Source of the DNA: Fimbriosthenelais zetlandica
Taxonomy: Eukaryota
Direction of reading: 5' to 3'
Assembly (NCBI GenBank): GCA_977030845.1
Contig: OZ365110.1
Location: forward strand, 31,124,001 to 31,188,000
Length of the DNA stretch: 64,000 nucleotides
The translations under genes and the position numbers were made by a program. Below the pieces are notes generated by a model, which was not told the DNA's origin, searched no databases, and saw only the letters and a program-made list of their open reading frames with translations. How positions within the stretch are numbered: the stretch's first letter is position 1; each line of letters starts with the position of its first letter. Shown one piece after another: positions 1 to 13,700 of this stretch.

Positions 1-869
1 TCTGTCAGTGCGAGTTTGGTGATTACTTGTTTTTAAAATTACATACAGGATTAATTATTTCATCAATGGGAATCGTTCTCATCACCAGAGTTCGCCATCT
101 CCGGAACTGTAAATACAACCTTCCAACTTATATTTTGGGCAAGCCTGAGACTTTCTTTTTTCTTTACCTCCACCTGCACCTTCAGTGATGAATTCTCCTC
201 CAGTACCACTATAGAGAAGGAATGAAGGGGTTTGTAGAAGTCAACTGTGAGGCTACATTTCCTCACAAGGGTAAAGATACGGCTTCAGCAGCAGGCCCTA
301 AATCCCACTATGTATTACTGCCTGGTCCCCTATATCAACATTTCCATCGCACCATCCTTCAGTCTGGTCACCACAAATTACTGCATGCCCAAAAATATAG
401 TCCCCCCCGAGCAGCAAGCACAAGTCCCAACCCACTGCGTTGATTAGGTTTTTTAATTTCTCTGCGGTAGCATCCATAGGTCCCTGACATGCTGTTTATG
501 CTATCACGGCTATCTAATTGTGCAGAGAGCATGGTTAGCTGGGCGGGTCCCCGGTGTGTCGGATCTCTGCCCCGGTTGGGGAACAAGGCCACGCGGCCCC
601 TCACCCTCGGGCAGCCCCGGGAGGATGAGGGAGTAGCAGCTAGTAATTACTGAGCTTGTCATAGGTCTTACTTTCCAGCAGTGAGAGCAGGCTTTTCATC
701 TGTGCTCTATGAGACTTAGAGTTCAGCCTGGGTCTCTAGGCACTTGGTGGATGATTTAAGGGTTTGTGCCTTGACAATAAAACTCCACTTTGCAGACTTT
801 TTTCTCCTATGAGCCTATATATAGGCTATGCCAGAATCTAGCGATAGCTGATAATAAATGATTCACTAA

Positions 870-1086
870 TGGTGCGAACACATCAAAGCGGTTTTTCTGT
901 CGCACTGTGAGTTTTTATAAACACCTATACAAACTTTATATAAAAAAAATCTATAAAGTGTTTCCACCATGTAACAGGGACACACCTAAAAGCTTTTTAT
1001 GGACTTTTGATATACTTTTTAGACAGATTTCATTTTTTATAAAAAGTTGCAATGCGACCAAAAAACGCTTTGGTGTGTCTGCACCA
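870..1086. mobile_element. Non-autonomous MITE, PIF/Harbinger (Tourist-like), 217 bp
   Basis: Terminal inverted repeats 870-921 and 1036-1086 (TGGTGC..ACACA.CAAAGCG.TTTTT..GTCGCA...TTTTTATAAA), 42 of 52 identical. TAA on both flanks (867-869, 1087-1089). No ORF. Confidence 0.75.
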
Positions 1087-4000
1087 TAAGTTTCGGCACA
1101 TATGTACTTACATGCATGTGGATAACCGGGAAGTCAGCAATGATTTCATCTCCCGAAAGCTGCATAGAAAAATTTGAATTAAAAACATAAATTTTGAAAT
1201 TCGAGACATAATATATTTAATGGTAACTGGTACATTGACTATTTCATTCTGCCGGAATTTTATGTTTATTTAGTAGACCTACATGTGTATTTAGGCATTC
1301 CATCCTCTATATTTACAAGCCTTCGGCAGCTCACAATTTGTTGCAGACAAAAAGGCAAGATCTGCCTAGATGTTTCTCTGCAGCACGTTTATGGACCATC
1401 CCACAGTAGTTGAAATAAAACTGTCAAGATTTACAGTGCCTCAAATAAATTGGACCAAGTTAATCTGAACATCCCTATCCCCATAAGGTTCCCAATTCAC
1501 AGGCTTTATGGCACACTTAAAGTTTCCCCCAAAGGAACAGGGCGAACTTTTCTTTGATCCCTTTCAAGAAAAATCTGAACAATCCAAATGGAAATTAAGG
1601 GTCTTTTAATGGCTTTTCTCCTGGCTTCGACCACAAGGGTTTCTTTGACTTCTTTTGACTAACAGCAGTCTCCACTGTGGATGTGACGCCATTGTGCTTT
1701 TATTCTTTGTCCAGTGGTGAGTAGAAGGGGTGCGCTTAACAGTCACCCATTTCCTTGGAAATCCCAAGATGCCCCACTCATTCCCAGAATGCATCAGTAA
1801 TGCCTGCCTCCGTTTGACCTAGCGGTGTCATTGTATTTGTGGGTAGGTAGGGGGCGCCTCGCTACCAATCCTCCTCGCAATTCGGTTCCGGCTGGTGAAA
1901 ATGTGATGCAAAAGGAATCGCATTCCCTCCCTAATTGTGGACACTAACAGATGTGACAAACTTACGAGTGATAAACATCTGACCCTGACACCGGAAGGCT
2001 CTGGTGTCGCAGCGTCCGTGAACCGCTGACAAAATTCGATTGCGAGAGTCTGATTGGGCACGCGGTGTGCCTAGATTGATGTCGATCGTCTGATACAACT
2101 TTGATGCCTTCCTGAGGTCCCGTGGCTCTGATTTAATATGTTGAAGCCAGCAAGACAAAGCCCCCTCACACATATCGTGTTATGCTTCCAATCCTTACAT
2201 ACCAGATCCCTATGAATTATTCACCAGTGCATATGTGCAATCGTTCTTGGTTTTGATTTATTTTATTTGGACGCAAAGCGGTCGGGCAAATGCCTATCTG
2301 CCTCTGACGGGGTAATCATTGGAGCGCCGAGGGGCACTGTGGCCAAGGCCTTAAATAATAAATGAAAAGCCCTTTGATATTCTAATCTATTGACCCAAAA
2401 TGCCTGGCAGCAATGCAGGCGTTTCATCGAAAATAATCAATATTTCATTCTGTGAAGAAATCTGAAGGACAGTGCTTTTCAGGCTACTAAATGGGGGCTG
2501 GGAAAGTGGTCTATTGTTGGGTGGACACGTCTCATTCCGCCAGGATTCATTAGAATTGCCCTTATCACTGACCAACAAAAAGGCCCTTTGTGGGTCCATG
2601 TAAGGGATGTCATTCTCGGAGACTCGATCGTGGTATGACGTATTGCAACAGTGGTATATGGCACTCACCGGATGTAGCATTGCTTGAACAGTTCAAGTAA
2701 GTGGTAGAGTGAAAACCATTATTTTTCATTAAATTTACGATATAAGTTTCATACAAAATGTGAATGTATTTTCAAAGAAATACAAAATACATGTGTATCG
2801 TTTTTAAATCGAAGATCTATACTTATAAACAGCCATTTCTTGGAGTACACATTGCTAAAGTTGTTCAATACTAGGTTAATGATTCCTTGACATGCCAGTA
2901 GTCAAAGTTTAATACCCCTAGTTTCTTTCTGCACTCTGAGAGGAAAGTAAAATAGTTATTGGAAAAGCATACAGTAGTACCCAACTAAGCTAAACTAATT
3001 ATAAGGCACTGTCATCTCCCAATTTTCAGGAGACAACGTGTCTGACGTCTATATATATGCATGTATATGATAAATGACAGCATGTGATGTGATATATTTT
3101 TGCTAGCAATTCGTTCCATATAGCCAATCGACAGTAATAGCTAGAAAATTGCGAAATTCTAAAAACAGTTAATTCAACAGAATGGAGGTATGGATGAATG
3201 AAAAACAAAGTGAATGTACAAGTTGGGTTGTGCTTACAGCACCACGATGTTTTCGACAAGATCTTTCACATGGATGAAAGATGCCTGCTATTCCGAACAT
3301 TTAATTTGTCCTTTGATGAAGTTCTAATTACTTTACAAGAAACGAAGAAAAACCATCCGAGGCAAGATTGGATAGAATTCATTAAAGTCTAACAAAGACA
3401 AGCTGAAAGAAATCAATCAAGTCGGTCAAAATGGCAGATCCAAATCACGAAACAAAAGGTTGCGGAGAGAAATGTAAGCCTAGGGCTGAAATTAAACTTT
3501 AACGCCATCTCCACATGCATTTCATCGGGGTTATAAGCGCGCGCTTTCATTGTGCATGTTCAAGTGGTCCAATTACTGGATTGCACATTAATTAATTACC
3601 ATCATTGACTAAAAAGGATCAATGGATTTGCTAGTATGGGGGCCTGGTGGCAGAGTCTTCGCAGTGAACAAGCATGTAGTTGTCGTGTCTCTCGGTGGTA
3701 AACAATTTTGACGCTAAGCGCCAGTTAAGTTGGACTGCTGAATCTTGGGCCCTGAGGGCTACAACAGACCCCCTGTGCAGCATATTTTCTTTCATCCTTC
3801 AGGGATTTCTTTTGAAAACAAGCCAAGTTAAGGATTAACCCAGTGAAAATAAAACTTATTAATAGTTCATGGCTTTGTAGATAATTATGTTATTCTATTT
3901 AGTTTTCACTCACAAGTTGTGTTAGCATATTTCTCGAGGGAAAGTTCATAGATAGGCCTAGGCCTACGAATGGGCGATAATAGGAGATGTCATGAATTTC

Positions 4001-7000
4001 TTTCAGCGTTATATACGTAGTTTTCCATTTATAGGTTCGTTGGATTTTATTCCTCTATTTTGTAGAATTGTAGTATTGAAGAATTACCAAGGAAATATTT
4101 TAGGTCACATATTGAGCATAGGCCTACTTGCAGCAGTGGAGACCGTTGCCCTTGCTTCAGTTAGAGTAGCGCCTAGCACATCTCTGTCTCAGTTTATCTT
4201 TATAGAAAAGACATTTCATCTAAGAAAAGTGTCAATATTATGACAGTGGAAACACCGTCATGTGCGGTTTATAACGGTCTTCTGCTCACTTCTCAACTAC
4301 CAAATATGACCCCCATGGGGACCGCTGCTAGAAAGCCAATTTAGAAAAGACTGCACAACATCACTTCAATATACTACAACAAATAACCTGGAGGATGCAG
4401 ATCGATAGGGTGGACAAATAAAACTAAAGTTTGTATACACGCGTCTTGTTTTAAACAGCTATCGCCCAGGAGTTCATTGTAAGCACTAACATTCTGTCCG
4501 TGAAGATTTCGGTTCCGAATGCCGTCGGAAAGAACAACGCCTTTAATTACAAGATATTGGCAAAACAACCCTGACACAACTCGATGGATCACCCAAACTT
4601 TGGACCTTCGTTCACCAGTCCTCTAAGCTTACCCATCTCTTCTGATATGAGTAAGTGTGACCTCTCACCCAAAGAACTGGAGAAACAAACAATACATCAT
4701 TTTTCCAGTGGGTTAGAGTTCAATAAAAGCATGACATAATATTTGATAGTCCGTTTTAAACCCGAAGGAAGACAAAACGGTGATTAATATCCTTAAAGAT
4801 TATATAATGAACTATTTAGGGATGATTTGGCAAAATATGTGATGTGCTGACACTGTAACAGTTACTTTTTTAATGAAACGGACCCCTGAACGCAGGTGGT
4901 GGTTCTGACAACAATGACGTTCGTCCAGTAATGACCAGTGAGGTGCGGAGAGGATAGCCCTACCCACTGACCACTACATTTGCATAATGTTACCCTGGAG
5001 AGGGCAAACTTGGCCCCTCCTACCCCAGGGGTGGGGCAGGACTGGTCCCTATTCGGTGAGGGGTCAGGAGAGTGGACAGACAGGCAGGTCAGGGGGTGAG
5101 TTGGGTTGCCCCCAACTTGGGCTAGTCTTATTAAGTGCTAAGATGAACATGGGGAAGTGGTCAGGGGTCAGTGACATAGTTGTCATAACGTGGACGCTGG
5201 AGAAATGATATGTGGCCGACCTGAACCTCACATTTAGTTCTTTTATGTTTTAGAAAAATAGGGAAAAGGCCAAATGGCTAGATGCCAGTTGATAGAAGGG
5301 TCGATACTCTGGCACCTGTAAATTTGGTTCATTTTCCTATACTACACACAGTATTTTCGAGCTACTGTCCTTGATAGTATAGTAATAGTACGGTAGTGTA
5401 AGGAATGGTCAATTTTTCTGTGCGCTACATAATTATGGTGCTTTAATGATAATAGTAGGTGCAGATTCGAGGCACACAAATGGGTGAATTAGTAGGTCGG
5501 AATAGGACCCAGATGGAATGTCTAAAATTGATTAGAATTTTCCAAAAACCTTATAAAAGAATTTATGCTGCATAAATTAGGAAGACTAAAAAATCCAATT
5601 AAGAATGATAACTTGATCGCAGGCTGGAATAGAATCATTCCACGGTCGCTATAATTGAAGCAACGAATGCTCATTAACGGAATGCTTTATTAGGAAATAG
5701 GGATAAAAATGTAAAATGTGGACTGCATGCATCACATGCCCTGGTAACTGATGAACATGATGAAAAGGGTAACAACAAAATAAACAGTATTCCCATACAG
5801 ATAGGTAATCAACATGCGACTATTGGTATTAGCCCAACTTTTATGTGTTGTTTGATGAATTGCACGTAGAACTAAAGGCGATTGGTAAATTGGTCGCTGA
5901 CGCTAATTAGGGCAATTCTCTTAAAACCGTGATATGGATCCGGGGTGAATGATTAATAATTAATCAGCACGAAATATTACTATTACAAGGGGGCCTCGCG
6001 AGTTTTTATTCTCTCCCCCGTCTGCTGAAACATACAAGTAATTTGTCTACATTCAATAGATCAAATCAAGCAATGTGCTTCATACAAATTGGAGGGATGT
6101 CAAATGGAAGTCTGGCATGAAGCCATGCAAGTTAAAAGATAAAATGAGGGGGGAATGGGCAGTTATTTTAGCTCATAGCTATTTCATAGGCCTATACTTG
6201 AACAAACAAGCTTAAAAGGCATTTGGTTTTGGCTCTTAGAATCGGGAAATATGTCGCATGAGTACTTTGAAAGTACTTTGAATTTACAGTAGGTTTATTA
6301 TAAATTATAGACTATGCGTGAAAAATTAATATTCTTGCTATACACGATAGCCTATATGAGGGATCTGACATGTCTGCTGTTTTTGCGTATTAAGTCCTGT
6401 TTTAGTTTGATATTTTAGAGATAATATTTGTCATTATACATATAGGCCTATGCTAGGTCTATAAGGAATGGTATGGGCTTTATAAGAACATTCTGGATAG
6501 TTCTCTGGGGACGTGTAACCATGGAGGTTTGCACAATTCGCCGCTGGGATCGCTCTACTTCCGGTTAGCGTCAGCCCCGTCTGGTGGCCGAGAGATGACT
6601 TATGCCCCACCACTCTATGCTCGGTGGTGTTTTATCAGTCCCGCAGCAAATTAAATCCAAATACAGCTCCGACTAGCGGCGAGATAGCGAGTAATTGCTT
6701 CATTGAGGGTTACACCAGCGCCACACCGCCATATTACAAAACTAATATCTCTATCAGTGACGACGTAGCTGGATGATCTACGCTCTGCGCCACCTCGCGA
6801 CTTGGCAAGTCAACTACTTGAGATAAGAGACGCTCAATTAGCCACCCACCTTGTTGCTGTGACGTCATAAGTTAATTAACCTTGGGGTTATATAATAACG
6901 TCGCTCTCTTTGCTGGGGTGATGGATCGTCGGCGCCGTACGTTTTTTCAAACAATAAAATAGATTAAAATGTCGCGGTGCCACAAGCCATAATATCTTAT

Positions 7001-7632
7001 CGTCGATGACGGCCGGGTGGGCCTGTGTTTTCCCCAGTGAAGATAAAATCGCGGGATCTCTTTTCTTGCCTTTATCTGGATGAACGAGAGTTGATTTTTG
7101 TCCAAAGACAGGATTGCTTACACAAACTCAACTAAAAGAATGAGGAATAACTGGGCTTATACTGCGAGGCAATTGCTACAATGGCATGCATGCCAGCCCA
7201 CCGCAATGCTATGCCAAAAGATAAGACATCTCTGCCTTCTATTTTGTTTTTATTATGAGGTAACCACGCGGTTGTTGGGGTCGCCAAATTACATTTGAAT
7301 TGATGCCAAAAGTCGGCTTGCTCTTTCATCACGACATCGGCGTGTCGAACACGAAAAAGCGTGTTGGTTGGGAGGCAGTGGTAGGCTGACTGAACAATGA
7401 TTAACTATCCATAATGCGTGTGCACCGAAATTATTTCTACATGAATATGAATAATTGAACAAGGGCTGCATATATCGTTGATTAACTGGTGCTGAGAAAG
7501 CAAACAGTGTAATGAGAAGGCATGGGGCTGTGGGACCACACAATACAAGGGTCGGATGAAATGATTGGCTGAACAGCATCAAACAGAGAGAAAAAGGAGA
7601 AAAGGAAAGAGACAGAGACAGACAGACGGAGT

Positions 7633-7636
<4 letters not shown>

Positions 7637-7690
<54 letters not shown>

Positions 7691-7710
7691 AGGAGGGAGG
7701 GAGGGAGGGG
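7637..7710 (+). repeat. (GA)25 microsatellite followed by GGGA repeats
   Basis: Perfect GA run 7637-7686, GGGA/GAGG units to about 7710, and GAGACA-type units just upstream. Confidence 0.97.
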
Positions 7711-10700
7711 AAGAAGATTAATGAACAGACTCTAATCTTATCATCAGTCCAAAATTGATTAGCTTCTATCTTGCGATAAGTTACCGATAGACCCCTCAAT
7801 AAAAGGGTCAATGGGGATTGTGGACTTTATGGTTTTAACATGTTAATACTTGTATTCCCTTAACACCATCACCCTAGCTGCTGCTCTGATGCTATTTAAT
7901 TACATCTGCCAGCAGTGCATCTCACTGAGGGATTTATCTCCAGATTATCTTGTATTTTTTAACATTTTCAGTAACTTACGAGAAACCAATATAGCCTAAA
8001 AGATTCGACTCCATTTAATTTTATTCACATTTCTGACATAGGGGCTGGTAGGTCTACTAACTTATAACAAAAAAACCTTTCCCCAGAGATGACCATGCCA
8101 ACATGAAACCCCCATTAAAAACTAGTTCCCTTAAATACCCACAATGAAGTGGGTGTCGTGTTCTTTTGGCACCACAGGTGTGAAAACAGTCCCCCCAGGT
8201 ATATGGCCCGGGAACGCCTGGCAACTTAAGTCGGACCTGTCTTAATGAGACCAGCGGAACCACCGGGGAAAAGGCCGGTTACCCTGGAGGAAATTCACCA
8301 GCCCCCGCTGCCGTTTTGTTCTCCAGGCAGGCCCCACTGGAGCTAGCCCCAGCACAAAAGATGCTGGTTAGCTTCGTGAAAGAAAGGTGTTCACTAGTAA
8401 AAGGTTTAATATTGTTAGAGTCAATGGAAGGTGGGGGTGCATGGAAGGCGCTTTCAATGTGTGGTATACCCTGGATGGAAGTGCTAACACTTAAAGCAAG
8501 TGAGCATTAATTACAACAGGCGATTCGTGCTTCACATGCTCACATGGAGGGGTGTTTTTACCATCGGGTTAACTTCTACTTCATTATGGCTCCAAAACTT
8601 CTTGGTGAATTTACAAGGGTGAGCTTGCAGGGTTTTTTAAAATTGCTTATATATACATGTATGTATTAATATGTGACATTGGAAGGACAAATTAACGATT
8701 GCACCTTATCCACTAATGACGCGGTACAGTCGCCATGCATGACAGTGCAAAGCGAACTTCATGAGCATATAGTGGATGTAGCAATAATGCATTAAGTGAA
8801 GCAACTTGGAAGTGAGCTCTGTCTAAGAATAGCTTCAATAGTCATATTATGTAGGTCCTTGAGCGAAAGTCAAAATTTCATGGATTCCTCCCTTTTTGGA
8901 GCGCAGATTGGTTGCCGGAAGGTTGCAGTATGTATGCCAATGACAGGGGTCGCACACATTTGAATAGTGTAGGACCTATACAGGGTATGTCAATTAATAA
9001 TATGTGTACACTTTTATCACCTGCTGACAAATCTCTTATTCAAAGGTATACTGTCTCATCTACAAAAACAATATGAACGAAGCAAAACACAGGAAGAGCA
9101 GCCTGAAACAAGGGAGAGCCACTGTAACATGGCATATGGTCATGATAGCGATCACTGCGCCCTCCATTTGTCCATACTTCAGTTTTTGCCTTTTCTATCA
9201 GATCGATCAGCCAGATCTACTTTTGCAGGTCACAGGCGGTCAGAGGGGGTGAAGTATTTATAAAGTTCAGACAAAGAGGTTATGATACCATCAAAGACAT
9301 GACGCTGACCTCTCCTCCCCTGCTCCTTCCGCCACATCATGTACCACCACCAACAAAAGAGTCCGCACAAGGACATAAACATACCGCAGCAAATTAATTC
9401 TCCTCGACTTAATAGAGGAAGAGAATTAGTCGCGATTGTTGGGAAGATAAGGGAGGCTGCTCGCTGGTAGGGGAGGATCGCAGGGTTTTGATGGCTATCA
9501 GATGGACCGTAATTGCTACGAAGGACAACATGATGATAAAATGACCGCGCAATATTCGCCTCGTACTTCCTAGACCACCCAAAGCGTCAGACAAGGGACA
9601 CAGCAATACGTCATAATGGTAGATAAGATCAAGCGTATCTTATGGGAGCCCTGTTTTTTTCCTGCCGTCTGTTTTCACTTATCGCGAGCCATAACCAAAG
9701 GGAATTTGGCCCGGTCACTGGGATTTTTGGTGAATCTATATTTACTCCAACCATCGAGAAGGACATGTATATAACACTTTTAAAACAATGCATTTCATAA
9801 CATCGTCAAATATGTATACATACAGATATGGAAGTTTTGTAGTTTCCCTGGGCTTTACCAGCAGGGAATTTTGAGTCCGTGATGTTGCCATGGAAACCAA
9901 TGTAGGCGGAAGGAATAGTAATTCTTGCCTCAAGTTGAGGGCTCGTGATATACTTTATCAATCGGCAAGATTAGCTCACACGACAAATGCATCAGCCCTG
10001 GACCCACCTCCGAGTATTAATCCTGGCCCGACCGCACGATCCGCATGAATTGCCTAAAAGTAAATACTCATTTTCTCCATTCCTCGTTTGATGGATGGCC
10101 ACCAGGAGACGCCACCATGAAGACCTGTTGAGCAGTAGGGCCAGGAGGAAATTTATCATTGCTCGCCCTTCCCGCCTCGCCAGATTTCTTTAGGGAAGCC
10201 AAATGAAATAATTCACTGCCAGCGCCTACTTTCGGCATGTAGAGAGGCATTTTTCAATTGGTCAGGGGTGAGTTTGGCAGCGGGAGGGTAGCTCTGAAGG
10301 AGGGTAAAAAGGGGACAGCACTCTGCACTCCGGGTTTGGACTTAGGATGCCTTGTGCTGGGTCCAGAAGGTCTTAGCTTTCAATTTAGACTCAAGGCAAG
10401 GTGCATGTTCTATTATGACGGTTGACACTGACAGGCACCCATGGGTGCAGACAGGGGGCGCCTGGGGCACCCCTGTGCCCACCAGCTCATCCATCCTGCC
10501 TCCTTATTTCAAACACCTTCCAGCTCCGAAAGGCAAAAACTGAACGATCCTTGGTTCCTCATGAGTCTCCTACTATTCCCTACTTGTATATCGCCCAATA
10601 TATTGTAACTCCTGTATCGATCTTGTTGTCTAGATCCTAATAAAGGGGAACTTTCCACTGTTAATCAGTCAAGCTTCCATTAAAAATGGATTCTTATAAC

Positions 10701-13700
10701 TGGAGGGGTTTCCTTGGGGTGCGTGGCAAATTGAGGAGTCTCTTGAATCGGTTTAGAAATGTTCAGATGAATGGAAGATCTTTACCTCGTAAAATGCAAC
10801 AAATCGGAAATTTAGGAGCATGATTTCGGTGCTTCAAGATTTCATATCACTTTCTTGACATAATAACTGCATGAATCCCAGTCTTCTTTTCTAGGTAGGC
10901 CTACTGTCATCTTCAAAGCTGACATTTTTACGACTTTAGGTCAAGACTGTCACTGCAATGTTTATTGCCCTTAGTTTTCTAAAAACACTTCCCTCAGGAG
11001 GTCCTACTCATAGTGTTTTGAGCACGAGTTTTGGTCAATCAGGGCAGGGGAAATGTCAGTGGAAAATGTCAAATGCCCATTGGAATGAATGGAACTGACT
11101 TTTAGAAGTTTTTCCTTCTCCATGCTGACTTGGAAACTACACAAAGATGGAACAATTTTGGAATGAATTGAGGGGGAAACAACACCAGAATATAATGAAT
11201 GATCGATGTAAATCATTCCCTACGTGTACCTTTAACTGTCTGGGGTGAATAGAATGAGCAGTTGCATGTAAGTGGAAAGCCAATAGAGTCACTAAATGCT
11301 TTATTTGCACTTCGCACGTCCTCAAGTGGCTCCACTTGGTCTGATTTTAAATCCACAAAGGAAAGTGAATTTAAATCCATCCGCATGTTCCAATTAAACT
11401 GCCTTTGGTTCTGGTTTCATTTCATCATCTTTGTTATGAAAGATCCTATTGGGTTAGTTTCAAGAGTCCCCTGAGGCTTCCTCACCGCGTATTCCCAGCA
11501 AACCGACATGTGGCCAAAGGTCATGGCTCAGCTAAATTGGCTCTGGTGAATTTAATGTATAATTCTTCCCAGGGCCTTTTATTATTTTAATTCATTAACT
11601 CTTAATTCATTTAACGCACGACGTCTGATGGCTACGTCATCATGCCTCATACTTCCTGATGCTTGGTCTCGTTGTAATACGTGCACAAGCGGATGTGACA
11701 CTTGCGCATGCGTCCATCCATCATGGCGCACAGGATGTCAAACGTATGGGTCCAATTTGTCCGTGTACGGAACGAATAACAGTTGATTTGTGGGGGAGAC
11801 CGATGGAAATGTTGCCATTCTGACAACCTTTGTCCCCAGAGACCATCAGCATTTTAGTGGTGGATAGGAAGCCAGTCTCTCTTATTATGGAGACGATAAT
11901 AAGACGGCTCGACCGGCAGGCCCGCGTCACTTTCTTCCTTGATTTCCGGTGATGAATTATCGCCCGATGAAATATCATTCTCTCAAATGGATGATCTCCC
12001 CTTAAAGCACTCAGCCCAGGGTCGACATGAAAGTTATTTTCTATCAACCTGACATGATGAACCCCCAGTCTGAAAAAACACATTTTTGACAAAAGGTATT
12101 GAGTGTCACAAGATTTCTACTAACTACGAGTGTCACCAAGGTTTCGTGTATCAATAATATACATGTAATGCAATTCAAAATGACAAACGTAAATGGTCCG
12201 AACCCAAATGGTTACTTTGTAAATTAAACTGGCCCTTATTTTCGACACCTGTCAAACCAAAAAAGACAACTTGACAATCGTCCAGATGAGACCAATCATT
12301 AGCTGAAATAATTAAAGACATGGGAAAGTGTTTGATTCCGGTGTCAAAATCAAAAGCATCCCTCCCTGTCATCCCAACTGTATTCTTGACCCCACTTCAC
12401 CTTGTCCTTCAATGGTCCAATAAGGGATTAACCAACAAGGGCCAAATGATCACCTTTTTTATTAAGGCCTCAGGTGTAGAAATTGAGCACTGCTAGGAAC
12501 CAGACCCACGTAAGATTATCCAAGAGAGATAACACCACCTGAGGGGGTTGTTTCATAAAATGTCCAGACCACCAGACATCTGAAGTTGCACAAGGGACGG
12601 CAAGCGAACACAAGGGCCAACCACAACATCCTCCTCACCAGGTGTGAAGGTAGAAACCACTCTCACCTTCCACAGAGAGATTCTAAACGGAACAAATGCA
12701 GTTTGCTGCACATCCAACCACAGACTAATTAATCCCACGCGCTCCCTATCCAAATTAGGTTTACATAATTTCTCAGCCAGCAATCTTCCTTCAAAGTCAA
12801 AAAGAACACGATACTCATTTCTTGGTGATAGAATTATAGAATCATGTAATTCTCAATCAATTTCACGGTTTTTACGTGCCATTAAAATTGTGGGGTCGTG
12901 GCGGTTACAATGTTTTATAAGCCGAGAATATATATATATAGGCCTATATAAGGTATTGGGTCACGACTAACAATTGACGGGCGCGTATGAAACAAACATT
13001 ACTGGACAAACGCTAAGCTTTCCGACATTACGTAAGGCCCTTAATAACCCAAACCAGGTCGCTTGGGAATGATATGCCCAGGTTGGGAAAAGGTATACAT
13101 TTTAATATATTTTAAACGCAATAAATGACTGTAATATTGTATGGTTCATGGCGACAGACGTTCTTCGTATACTCAGAACTTCAATGCACCGTATACGTTT
13201 GTCTGAAATTTCCAATTGAAAAGTGAAATGAACACATACCTGGTATGGCCATTTCTCTTGGAGGTGGTCGGCTTCTAAACAGTTGACAGCTGGCAGAAAC
13301 TTTTGTCTGTTTGTCCCATTCGACCGAGAGTGGTTTTAAAACTGATATGCATACCAGTTTGCCCATAAGCAGAGGGATGGGGAGCCACAGTTGTAAATAC
13401 ACGATGTGTCTGAATGGTTAGGGCCCCCAGTGGCCTTGTATAATGGTCGGTGTACATCACTAATGAGTGCACTTCATCCATACATACTACCGCCCTCTAT
13501 GTTTGAACATCTTACTAATGACCTTCACCCACCCCTCCATGCCTCCCAACACAGATATAAACGAGTATTTGATTGGCTGAGGCACGCGCTCGTGCGGAAA
13601 GTGAATAACTATTTTCGCACTTATTGTAAAGGGACAATGGAAGTAATAATAGTCCTATATACATGAACATCTGTCTAAAGATTTAATTGTCTATTTTTTT

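Noticed and set aside
1432-1456. TACAGTGCC... (and TACAGGGT at 8979), resembling Tc1/mariner ends
   Set aside because: No partner inverted repeat or transposase remnant found.
3638-3790. GGGGGCCTGGTGGCAGAGT, resembling a tRNA/SINE A-box start
   Set aside because: No B-box or cloverleaf follows.
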